Source: Bdellovibrionales bacterium
GTDB taxonomy: Bacteria; Bdellovibrionota; Bdellovibrionia; Bdellovibrionales; JAUICD01
DNA: 64,000 nucleotides
Assembly: GCA_965262715.1 (NCBI GenBank)
Contig: OZ253553.1
Coordinates: 2,496,001-2,560,000, forward strand
Reading direction: 5' to 3'
Shown: in pieces, positions 10,135-19,065 of the stretch
Layout of the letters: each line of letters begins with the position of its first letter
How positions within the stretch are numbered: position 1 is the first letter of the stretch
Translations under genes and position numbers: made by a program
The notes under the pieces: model-generated
What the model saw: only the letters and a program-made list of their open reading frames with translations
Told to the model about the DNA's origin: nothing
Databases searched by the model: none

Positions 10135-11094
10135 TTAACCAACAGAAACCCTGTTTTTTCCACTTCTTTTTGACTGATATACAGCTTTATCGGCTTTTTC
10201 AAAAAGACCTTCCCAACTTTCTATAGTTGGATCTAGAAGGGCTAACCCTATAGAAACAGTAATATTAGGTATAATAGACTCTTGATACTTAAATTCATGA
10301 GATGCGATAATATGACGTATTCTTTCTGCTACTTTAAACACTTCTTGCATATTTTTATTAAAAAATACGATACAGAATTCTTCTCCACCAAACCGTGCAA
10401 AAAAATCCTCAGATCGGATGATTTGATTTTTTACAAGAAAAGCTATCTGTTTTAGTAAAAAATCTCCAGCTAAGTGACCATAAGTATCATTGACGTTCTT
10501 AAAATTATCTAAATCAAAAACAATAACTGCTAAGTCTAAAGATAATTTCTTAGCTTTTTGAAAAGCTTCTTGTCCATTAGAAATAAGAGCTGACTTGTTA
10601 TAAATATTTGTTAAGTCATCCATTTGATTTCTTTTATAAGCCATAACCTCAGGGCTACTTTCTTCGACATATTTAAAGATAGCATTGCCCACTTTGATCT
10701 TATCTTGATCGTTTAATTGATAACTTTCTTGTGGTTCAATCTTTTCTCCATTAATGGCAGTACCATTTGTAGAGTTTAAATCCTCAAGTAAAACTTTTTT
10801 ATCATTACTATTGAGGACCACCTTACAATGTGTATGGCTTATACTTCTTTCACCAATAAAAATATCTGAAGTTATCCCTCGTCCAATAAGCATTTCTGAT
10901 TTACTTAATATCCATTGCCTCCCTATCATCTGTAGAGGACCTATCAGTAATATCAACGCAGGAGACATCATTTTTAATTCTTGAAGCTTACGGTCTAACG
11001 TATGACCTGACATTATAGTTGTAGCTTCAATATCAGAGTTGTCTTCATCTTCTATTGGGTTTTCATCTCTATCATCATCTATCATATCTGACAT
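10135..11094 (-). CDS. dgcB: FHA-GGDEF diguanylate cyclase (DgcB-like)
   Basis: FHA motifs GR..S..H..STNGT, GGEEF with RSED I-site, N-terminal acidic tail with TT; ATG 11094 preferred over TTG 11103 on RBS spacing. Confidence 0.8.
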   Translation of the reverse strand: MSDMIDDDRDENPIEDEDNSDIEATTIMSGHTLDRKLQELKMMSPALILLIGPLQMIGRQWILSKSEMLIGRGITSDIFIGERSISHTHCKVVLNSNDKKVLLEDLNSTNGTAINGEKIEPQESYQLNDQDKIKVGNAIFKYVEESSPEVMAYKRNQMDDLTNIYNKSALISNGQEAFQKAKKLSLDLAVIVFDLDNFKNVNDTYGHLAGDFLLKQIAFLVKNQIIRSEDFFARFGGEEFCIVFFNKNMQEVFKVAERIRHIIASHEFKYQESIIPNITVSIGLALLDPTIESWEGLFEKADKAVYQSKRSGKNRVSVG

Positions 11095-11593
11095 TATACT
11101 CAACCTCGCTTATCAACAGCTTATTTTTGGATTCTTTCTTAAATAATAACACTTTTTTTAAGTTAGGTTCACTAATTTCTTTGAACTTTTTTTATCATAT
11201 CATAGGCTTATTTGTAAATTAAATGAATTAATGTTTTTAAGTTAAGCTTTACCTGGACTTACTTCGGGTTAGTTAGATAGATTGATACTCAAAACTTCTT
11301 CTATATTTTTTATCATTTTGTTACAAAACATAAATTTATTTTCAAGTATAGAACTAGAAATAAAATGGCAGAATTTATCGAATAAACCAATTAGTGGAGC
11401 TTCAGGTTGATTGTATATAATTTACTCATCTTACGCAACTTTTATAATTTTAAGAGGTTTGTTGTTGTTTACTGATTTACCTAAGTTAAACCTTACTGAA
11501 TTGCTATCTCTGTAGTCCGGGAAACCGGGAATCCCGGGAAACTGGCAGTCTGTTTATTTTGAACTTTTCCCTAATTTTTTTCCCCAAGTTGTA

Positions 11594-11736
11594 TCACTAA
11601 AAATAAACTGACCTTCGGTCATTTTTGGATAGTCAGCCTGAAGACTCACATCTTCAAGAAAATGCTGACTACCTCAAAAAGCTGTTTATTTTTAGTAAGG
11701 AGATACTTTTCATTTTTTACATACATGTTAGGGAAA
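11594..11736 (+). repeat. Family A structured dispersed repeat inside cassette 2
   Basis: TCACTAAAAATAAAC...GTTTATTTTTAGT outer stem; tail ATGTTAGGGAAA; absent from cassette 1. Confidence 0.85.
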
Positions 11737-11774
11737 ATGTTTTATTTCTCAACGAGTAAAGGAGAAAAAAAATT

Positions 11775-12072
11775 ATGAAAAAACTCAAAACTTATCATTA
11801 CCATTCAAGTTCAATTCTATCATAAATCTAACAACTTAAATTTAAGAGGCCCTATGAAGAATCAGTTTCAAAGAGCTATGCTCAGCATTGTACTCAATCT
11901 AGCTGAAGGCTCTGCTAAGTCTAGTCATAAAGAACGTAAGAAGTTTTATGAGATTAGTTTAGGTTCTCTGAGGGAAGTACAAGCAATACTAACTCTTGTT
12001 AACCATCAAAAGTTAATAAAAGAATCTGATAAAATAGGGGCCTTTCTATATAAATTGTGTAAAAATACTTGA
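11775..12072 (+). pseudogene. Four-helix bundle protein, frameshifted copy
   Basis: ATG 11775 aligns with ATG 1759 but a net +4 nt after codon 7 gives an early TAA; the downstream frame matches copy 1 closely. Confidence 0.75.
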
Positions 12073-12369
12073 AACTTAAATTAACCTCTCTTTATTGAAG
12101 CGTCTTTGCATAAGGTCAGTAATTCATTGAAAAAATCGCTTATTTTAAAGCTTTTTGTGTTAAAAGTATAATAAATGACTAATAATGGCTTTTCAATCAT
12201 AAAAATAATTCTCTCATCACATAAATGCTGATTTGAAAAACTTCCTTTTACAGTTCACATTAGTTCCTTTATAGAATAAAGTAAGAATTGGGATATTTGC
12301 TTAACAAAGCTTTAATTATTAAAAAGAAATTCATAATAATTAGTATAAATAAAAGCAGGTAAAGATTAA

Positions 12370-13419
12370 ATGCCATTTAATATTAAGTCATATTTTGACA
12401 GATTCTTAGAATTGTTACGCAGGGAAAAAAAACCTCCTAATGATCTTCCTGTAGATCAGCCTTCTATGAACCAAAACCTTTCTGAAACAGTTGATCGTGC
12501 TCATCATGTTTCAATCCACAAACCAAAAAATACTTATAAAAGGCCGCCTTTAGAGTGGCTCTATGCTTATTTATTAGCAATTTTAATAGGTTATTGGTTA
12601 GCTGACTTAGGCGTACTCAGTGTGCGGGATAAGTTTGTAGCGCAATCAGTGGCTCCTATTGCTCCACGGAAAGCCTCTGTTAAAAGACAGCCTTTACGCC
12701 AACAATATGACGTCATCACTGGTCGGAATATTTTTAATGCACAAGGTTTTATCCCCCCTCCATTTTCTGGTAAGAACATTCCAGATGAAGATACAAGTCA
12801 ACCTGTACCTTCCAGGCTGCCTTTAAAGCTTATTGGGACTATTGTACATACTAACCCTTCTAGGTCAGTGGCAACTATTCAAGTTCAAGGTAAGAAAATC
12901 AACCCTTATCTTCCAAAAGATACTCTGGAATCTATAGCCCAATTGATTAAGGTTGAACGTTTCACTGCTATTTTAAGAAATAACCAGAACGGACAACTAG
13001 AATATATTGAGATTAAAGATGATGGAATCAATCTAGCAGTACAAAACACTATGTCTACAAAGAAGTCTACAAACCGGGGTCCTCAAAGACAAGGTAACAA
13101 TTTTTCTTTAACAAGAAATGAGGTTAATAAATATATACAAAATTTACCAGCTCTTTTACAACAAGCAAGAGCCATTCCTGTTATAGAACCTGGTACTGGA
13201 GCCATCAATGGTTTTCGCCTTGTAGAGATACAACCAGGCAGTCTTTATGAAAATTTAGGATTCAAAAGAAATGATGTTATCAAAAATGTTAACGGAGAGG
13301 CTGTTGACAGTCCTGCAAAGGCTATGGAGCTTTATAATAGCCTTAAGACAGACTCTAATGTTTCTATTGATTTTGATAGAAACGGCAGAACGCAAACTTC
13401 TAACTTTTCCATTGAGTAA
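12370..13419 (+). CDS. gspC: Type II secretion system protein C with PDZ domain
   Basis: TM helix, RNIF motif, LKLIGTIV HR domain, C-terminal PDZ (GFRLVEIQPGSLYENLG..DVIKNVNG). Confidence 0.9.
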   Translation: MPFNIKSYFDRFLELLRREKKPPNDLPVDQPSMNQNLSETVDRAHHVSIHKPKNTYKRPPLEWLYAYLLAILIGYWLADLGVLSVRDKFVAQSVAPIAPRKASVKRQPLRQQYDVITGRNIFNAQGFIPPPFSGKNIPDEDTSQPVPSRLPLKLIGTIVHTNPSRSVATIQVQGKKINPYLPKDTLESIAQLIKVERFTAILRNNQNGQLEYIEIKDDGINLAVQNTMSTKKSTNRGPQRQGNNFSLTRNEVNKYIQNLPALLQQARAIPVIEPGTGAINGFRLVEIQPGSLYENLGFKRNDVIKNVNGEAVDSPAKAMELYNSLKTDSNVSIDFDRNGRTQTSNFSIE

Positions 13420-13429
13420 TTTTCTAATA

Positions 13430-14023
13430 GAACCAGCCTCTGTTTCACTAAAAATGAACCAGCCTCTGTTTCACTAAAAATGAACCAGCCTCTAGAGACG
13501 AGCCTCTGGCTGTTTTTGGGCAATCAGCTTGAAGGTTTGCACCTTCAAAAAATGCTGATTGCCTCAAAAATCTGTTCATTTTTAGTAGACAAGATACCTC
13601 TCATTCTTTAACATAATGTTAAGGAAATCGTTTTATTAATTTAGGTACCATCAAAAAAACTGTCTCATTCACTAAAAATGAACCAGCCTCTAGAGGCGAG
13701 CCTCTGGCTGTTTTTGGACAATCAGCTTGAAGGTTTGCACCTTCAAAAAATGCTGATTGCCTCAAAAATCTGTTCATTTTTAGTAGACAAGATACCTCTC
13801 ATTCTTTAACATAATGTTAAGGAAATCGTTTTATTAATTTAGGTACCATCAAAAAAACTGTCTCATTCACTAAAAATGAACCAGCCTCTAGAGGCGAGCC
13901 TCTGGCTGTTTTTGGACAATCAGCTTGAAGGTTTGCACCTTCAAAAAATGCTGATTGCCTCAAAAATCTGTTCATTTTTAGTAGACAAGATACCTCTCAT
14001 TCTTTAACACAATGTTAAGGAAA
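13430..14023 (+). repeat. Three tandem family A copies (198-bp period) preceded by a 26-bp duplication
   Basis: Units start at 13470, 13668, 13866; GAACCAGCCTCTGTTTCACTAAAAAT repeated at 13430 and 13456. Confidence 0.92.
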
Positions 14024-14106
14024 ACTTCCTTCCACTACCTCTCCTTATAAATCACCTAAATCTTTACAGCAAATTATTGCCCCAAAGATTTTCCCCTTGT
14101 TTTTTA

Positions 14107-14163
14107 TCACTCAAAATAGACCAGTGCCTGTCGCACTTTAAAAGAGTCTGTCCATTTTGAGTA
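14107..14163 (+). repeat. Short family A derivative
   Basis: ACTCAAAATAGAC ... GTCCATTTTGAGT outer stem with a small inner hairpin. Confidence 0.55.
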
Positions 14164-14394
14164 AGAAGCCATCTTTAGTTATGTTATGTTTTGCATTTTG
14201 CAATTTGAATTCTTAAATGCTATAAAACTTTACTTTTGAGATAACTTCTAATTGATTCAAATCTAAAAAACCCCCAAACTAAGAAATATTGACATATTGG
14301 ATTTTGAAATTGCGTGTAAAACTTACACTATATTTTCTTTTATATTTTTTCATTCACATATCAAGCTTTTTATAGTAGCTTTACCAGTAATTTT

Positions 14395-15717
14395 TTGAAG
14401 GACATATTCATAGTGGTTTTATTTAGAGACGCAATCTTACTGAGTATTTTATTAGTTCATTCTCTGGCTTTTTCTCAACTTAGAGAACCTCAATCAGAAT
14501 TTCAATTTCCAAGAAGCGCTGTTGACGTATTTGTTGATTTTGCGCTTTCTAAATTAGGTGAAGATCGTATTGATAATGTTATGGGCCCTAATTGGATTGA
14601 TGATATGATAATGCTCTCTCAACATTGGACAATAGATGAAGCTGAACGCTTTTTAAAGCTTCTAACATCTGCTGGAATCTCAAAATACACTATTTTAAAA
14701 GTCCTTCAAACAACTGAACATTTGAATCGAGTCATGTCAATAATGAGGTATATGCAACAAGAAGTTGGTCTTAACGATAATCAAGTGGCAACTGCAATGA
14801 AAAAGAGCTTCGAGGCCTTTACTCAAGGTAATACCACAGAAATGGCCTTGATTCTTAACAAGCTAAAGAAATACTTTCAAATGAATCAAATCAAAAGATT
14901 AGTGATGAAGAACCCCGAGGCTTTTACTCGAGGCAACGCTACACAAATGGATGCGATCATTAACAGGCTCATAGATCGCTTTAATAACCTCGAAATAACA
15001 ACTTTGATAAGGCATAATATTGAAGCCTTCACTCGAGGACATGTTGCAAAAATGGAGGCAATTGAGCAAAAGCTTAAAGCACGTGGTGTCAATAATGATG
15101 GAATAAAAATTAGTGATGATGAAATAACAATTATGATGAAAAACAACATTGAAGCCTTTACTCGAGGAGATATTGCAAAAATGGATGCAGTTGAACAAAA
15201 ACTTAAAGCGCGTGGCATCAATAATGATGGAATAAAAATTAGTGATGATGAAATAACAATTATGATGAAAAACGACCCTGAAGCCTTTACTCGAGGAGAT
15301 ATTGCAAAAATGGAGGCAATTGAGCAAAAGCTTAAAGCACGTGGTGTCAATAATGATGGAATAAAAATTAGTGATGATGAAATAACAATTATGATGAAAA
15401 ACAACATTAAAGCCTTTACTCGAGGAGATATTGCAAAAATGGAGGCGATTGAGCAAAAACTTAAGGAGTATGGCCTTAGTGATGATGAAATAACAATTAT
15501 GATGAAAAACAACATTGAAGCCTTCACTCAAGGAGATGTTAGAAGAATAAATCCACTCGTTAACAAACTTAAAGCGCGTGGCTTTACCCAACCTGCAATA
15601 CAAGAAGCATTAAAAAGACATATTTGGTCTTTTACAAAAATAAGAACTAAAATAGAAGATGTAGTAAAGTATATAGAAAAACAAGAGAGAAGAATATGCG
15701 CCGAAGCCGTATCATAA
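14395..15717 (+). CDS. Secreted helical-repeat protein (mTERF-like 35/43-aa repeats)
   Basis: Signal peptide ..SLA-FS; seven xAFT(R/Q)G repeats with DNA periods 105,105,129,129,129,108 bp; TTG start uncertain. Confidence 0.7.
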   Translation: MKDIFIVVLFRDAILLSILLVHSLAFSQLREPQSEFQFPRSAVDVFVDFALSKLGEDRIDNVMGPNWIDDMIMLSQHWTIDEAERFLKLLTSAGISKYTILKVLQTTEHLNRVMSIMRYMQQEVGLNDNQVATAMKKSFEAFTQGNTTEMALILNKLKKYFQMNQIKRLVMKNPEAFTRGNATQMDAIINRLIDRFNNLEITTLIRHNIEAFTRGHVAKMEAIEQKLKARGVNNDGIKISDDEITIMMKNNIEAFTRGDIAKMDAVEQKLKARGINNDGIKISDDEITIMMKNDPEAFTRGDIAKMEAIEQKLKARGVNNDGIKISDDEITIMMKNNIKAFTRGDIAKMEAIEQKLKEYGLSDDEITIMMKNNIEAFTQGDVRRINPLVNKLKARGFTQPAIQEALKRHIWSFTKIRTKIEDVVKYIEKQERRICAEAVS

Positions 15718-15730
15718 AAACGCATATAAC

Positions 15731-15994
15731 TCTCCGGAATTCTGGCAAACCGGCATGACGGCATGGCTATTCAAGTTCAATTTTTCAATTTACAAACACT
15801 ATAGATAAGTTTTCAAAAGAGAAACTGGTGATAAAAGCCAATGATAAGAATAGACAAGAGTTTGGCCTCAAGGCAGTGATTTTGAAATTTAAGAAATAAA
15901 TTGAAGGCCCAGCTCAATTTAGTCCCGAGAGCCAGAGACTGATTGCCTGACTGCCGGATCCCGGGAAAAAAGGCTGCTTAAGTAATTATGAGCC
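15731..15994. repeat. Family B element (inverted octamer arms, GGCTCATAA end)
   Basis: CCGGAATT-CTGGCAAA-CCGGCATG arm, inverted ATTGCCTG-ACTGCCGG arm, terminal CTTAAGTAATTATGAGCC. Confidence 0.6.
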
Positions 15995-15997
15995 TTT

Positions 15998-17920
15998 TTA
16001 TATCATAGATATTAAAATAATAGAGACAATAGCAACACCCAATAACATATACATTGCATATTGTTGCAAGTTACCACTTTGAAGATGACCTAACGACACA
16101 CCAGATGATCTTATCAAATCTGTAATCCTATAGGTGGTCTTATCAATAAAACCTATATCGATAATCTCCCATAGCTTTCGACTTAAGTAAATAAATGGTT
16201 TCACAATAAGCTTATCGTAACCCTCATCAATCCAATACTTATTTGCAATCAGCTTATGAACTTTTTGGAAACCCACATTTAAACTGAAGTGACCTCGCCT
16301 CTTCACATACATCCAAAAAGCAAGGCTAGCAGACAATAAAGCAACACTGACAGAAATAGTCATCATTAAAAGTTCTATTTTTGTATTTGCAGGTGTCAAT
16401 CCCGGCAAAGGTGTCTCAGGTAACCAATTTTCTAGTAAATGAGGAAAGTGCCCTAAGACATGAGGTATTCCTACATAACCCCCTATAATAGATAGAAATC
16501 CTAATAAAATTAAAGGTAGAGTCATAATAAAAGGAGATTCATGAGGATGACCTTTAAAGTCTTTTGATTTTTCTCCCCAGAATGTCAATGACATAAGTCT
16601 TGTCATATAAAAAGCTGTCAGACCTGCGCCTAAAACACCTAATACCCAGAAAGTTATATCACCTCTAGGACTATGAAATGACATCCATAAAATTTCATCC
16701 TTACTAAAGAAACCAGAGAAAAAAGGAAACCCTATAATAGCCAGCCAACCCATAATAAAAGTACTATGAGTGATTGGCATATCTTTACGCAATCCTCCCA
16801 TTTTACGAATATCTTGCTCACCTTTCATAGAATGGATCACACTACCTGCTCCTAAAAACATCAATGCTTTAAAAAAAGCATGAGTCATTAAGTGGAATAA
16901 AGCTGATGAAAAAGCCCCTACACCAACAGCTAAAAACATATAACCTAACTGCGAAATTGTTGAATATGCCAATATTTTTTTAATATCATTTTGTAAAAGT
17001 CCAATAGATGCAGCAAAGACAGCAGTTGCCACGCCAACCACTGCAATAATAGTCATTGCTAAAGGTGTGACCAAATAAAAAACATTAAGTCTTATGATCA
17101 TATAGACTCCAGCTGTCACCATAGTGGCTGCATGAATTAAAGCCGAGACAGGTGTTGGCCCTGCCATTGCATCTGGAAGCCAAGTATATAAAGGAATTTG
17201 CGCTGACTTACCTGTTGCTCCTATGAACAAGAGCATGGCAGCAATAAACCACCATGAAGATGTTTCCCCCCCATCTTCTAAAAACTGTGTAGCAAAAGCA
17301 TTAATTTCAAGAAACTCTAAGGTACCTATATTTATAAATATTAAAAATATACCTAAAATCAATGCTGCATCACCTATCCGATTCATAATAAAGGCTTTCA
17401 TCCCAGCTGCTGCTTTTTGAGCATCTGAAAACCAAAAACCTATTAGTAAGTAAGAACACAATCCTACTCCTTCCCAACCAATAAACATGACAGGTAAGTT
17501 AGATCCTAAAACCAAAATAAGCATATAAAAAATAAAAAGATTTAAATAAGCAAAATACTGAGACGGCCTATTATCTTCGCTCATATACCCTATACTAAAT
17601 AAGTGAATGAGTGTGCCTACACCTGTGATGATCAAGCCCATAATAATACTGACTTCATCAACTAAGAAAGAAGCATTAATATGAAAATCTCCAATAGAGA
17701 TCCAGTTGAAATAATTAGCTGTAAGTTGTCTTTGGCCAGCGTCTTTTTCTAAAAGCCGAAAAAAAACTAAAATGCAACACACAAAAGAAATAAAAATAGC
17801 CGATGTAGCAATTGTGCCAGAAGTTTTATGACACTTTATCTTTCTACGAAAAGCATTGATTAAAAACCCTATAAAAGGAGATAACAATAAAAGAGCAATT
17901 AGCACTTCGTTTCTAATCAT
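15998..17920 (-). CDS. nuoL: NADH-quinone oxidoreductase subunit L
   Basis: GWEGVGLCSYLLIGFW, GKSAQIPLYTWLPDAMAGPTPVSALIHAATMV. Confidence 0.97.
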   Translation of the reverse strand: MIRNEVLIALLLLSPFIGFLINAFRRKIKCHKTSGTIATSAIFISFVCCILVFFRLLEKDAGQRQLTANYFNWISIGDFHINASFLVDEVSIIMGLIITGVGTLIHLFSIGYMSEDNRPSQYFAYLNLFIFYMLILVLGSNLPVMFIGWEGVGLCSYLLIGFWFSDAQKAAAGMKAFIMNRIGDAALILGIFLIFINIGTLEFLEINAFATQFLEDGGETSSWWFIAAMLLFIGATGKSAQIPLYTWLPDAMAGPTPVSALIHAATMVTAGVYMIIRLNVFYLVTPLAMTIIAVVGVATAVFAASIGLLQNDIKKILAYSTISQLGYMFLAVGVGAFSSALFHLMTHAFFKALMFLGAGSVIHSMKGEQDIRKMGGLRKDMPITHSTFIMGWLAIIGFPFFSGFFSKDEILWMSFHSPRGDITFWVLGVLGAGLTAFYMTRLMSLTFWGEKSKDFKGHPHESPFIMTLPLILLGFLSIIGGYVGIPHVLGHFPHLLENWLPETPLPGLTPANTKIELLMMTISVSVALLSASLAFWMYVKRRGHFSLNVGFQKVHKLIANKYWIDEGYDKLIVKPFIYLSRKLWEIIDIGFIDKTTYRITDLIRSSGVSLGHLQSGNLQQYAMYMLLGVAIVSIILISMI

Positions 17921-18180
17921 TATTTGCTAAACCCCCTCACTCCTATAATTATAATACATAACAATGCAAGACCGACCCAGTAATGAGAAAGATAGAAAAC
18001 TTTCTCACCTTCAATTTCTTCTATATACCAAACGCCATAACGATTAACCAAAGCTATCTCATAACCTTTGAACTTCAATATTATAATTAAAGTACACATT
18101 GATACGAATATTATCCACGCCATGGATGTCTCAAGTTTTTTTAACATTTTGGTTTTAGGTTGTATGATATCTTTTATCAT
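17920..18180 (-). CDS. Small two-TM hypothetical protein between nuoK and nuoL
   Basis: 86-aa ORF with two hydrophobic segments; stop overlaps the nuoL ATG (TAATG). Confidence 0.55.
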   Translation of the reverse strand: MIKDIIQPKTKMLKKLETSMAWIIFVSMCTLIIILKFKGYEIALVNRYGVWYIEEIEGEKVFYLSHYWVGLALLCIIIIGVRGFSK

Positions 18181-18231
18181 TTTTTAACACTCATAACTAC
18201 TTAAGTTTTTCCAACATCAAAGCAAAATAAC

Positions 18232-18552
18232 TTACCCTTTAAGATGTTCAAATAGTCTGATATGAACACCACCTAAACGTTTAAAAACAGAAACTGCAAT
18301 AGCTAAGCCTACAGCAGCCTCTGCTGCCGCAATAGCCATAACAAAAAATACCATGACTTGCCCTTCTAGATTATTCGTGAAGCGACTAAAAGCCACAAAT
18401 GTAAGATTTACAGCATTTAGCATAAGCTCAATAGACATTAAGACGACAAGAGCATTTCTACGAAGTAAAACACCTAAAAAACCAATCACAAAAAGTAAAG
18501 CTGACAAAATAAGATAATGAGAAAGCGTTACCTCTAAAAAGTCATGAAGCAT
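18232..18552 (-). CDS. nuoK: NADH-quinone oxidoreductase subunit K
   Basis: [29 protein letters not shown] 18552 with RBS. Confidence 0.95.
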   Translation of the reverse strand: MLHDFLEVTLSHYLILSALLFVIGFLGVLLRRNALVVLMSIELMLNAVNLTFVAFSRFTNNLEGQVMVFFVMAIAAAEAAVGLAIAVSVFKRLGGVHIRLFEHLKG

Positions 18553-19063
18553 GTGTTCCCCCTTTGCCTTTAGCAATAGCAATAGCTCCAATAAGTACAA
18601 CTAAAAGAAGTATACCTATAACCTCAAATGCAAAAACATATTTTGTAAAAAGCTTGAGTGCTAAACCTTTAGTAGCAATCATAGCTACAGTATTGACTTC
18701 AGTAAGTGGAAAATGAGGCATAGAAGCAAAAAATGCTCCAGTAATAGCAGCTAATAATAATGCGGCTCCAGCAATTTTGAGTATTCCTGTAAAGTTACCC
18801 CTTACAAAGGCCTTTTTTTCATCTTGCAGATTAAATATCATCAATATCATAACAAACATAACAACCACAGCACCTGCATAAATAATCAGCTGAACACCTG
18901 CTATGAAATAAGCTTCTAAAGTAAAAAATAACCCCGCAATGCCTAGCATGCACACAGCTAAAGAAAGAGCGGAAAACACTGGGCTTGGAATAATTACAAC
19001 AGCCATTGCTGACGCCAATGTTACAAAAGCTAAGAGAAAGTATGTTAACTGCAAAAGATTCAT
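18542..19063 (-). CDS. nuoJ: NADH-quinone oxidoreductase subunit J
   Basis: [29 protein letters not shown] motifs. Confidence 0.93.
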   Translation of the reverse strand: MNLLQLTYFLLAFVTLASAMAVVIIPSPVFSALSLAVCMLGIAGLFFTLEAYFIAGVQLIIYAGAVVVMFVMILMIFNLQDEKKAFVRGNFTGILKIAGAALLLAAITGAFFASMPHFPLTEVNTVAMIATKGLALKLFTKYVFAFEVIGILLLVVLIGAIAIAKGKGGTHAS

Positions 19064-19065
19064 AT

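Larger units (their letters stand above)
11422..12122 (+). mobile_element. Putative four-helix-bundle gene cassette, copy 2 (family B)
   Basis: Imperfect terminal IR TTACTCATCTTACGCAA / TTGCATAAGGTCAGTAA (14/17); CCGGGAAW octamers; colinear with 1575-2105. Confidence 0.6.

Noticed and set aside
13470..14023. CRISPR or integron cassette array
   Set aside because: Spacers are identical, no ORFs lie between units, there is no convincing RYYYAAC/GTTRRRY attC pairing at the element ends, and no integrase is present
14886..15603. Long antisense ORFs (213 and 234 aa)
   Set aside because: Shadows of the repetitive plus-strand gene; stop-free frames are propagated by the repeats
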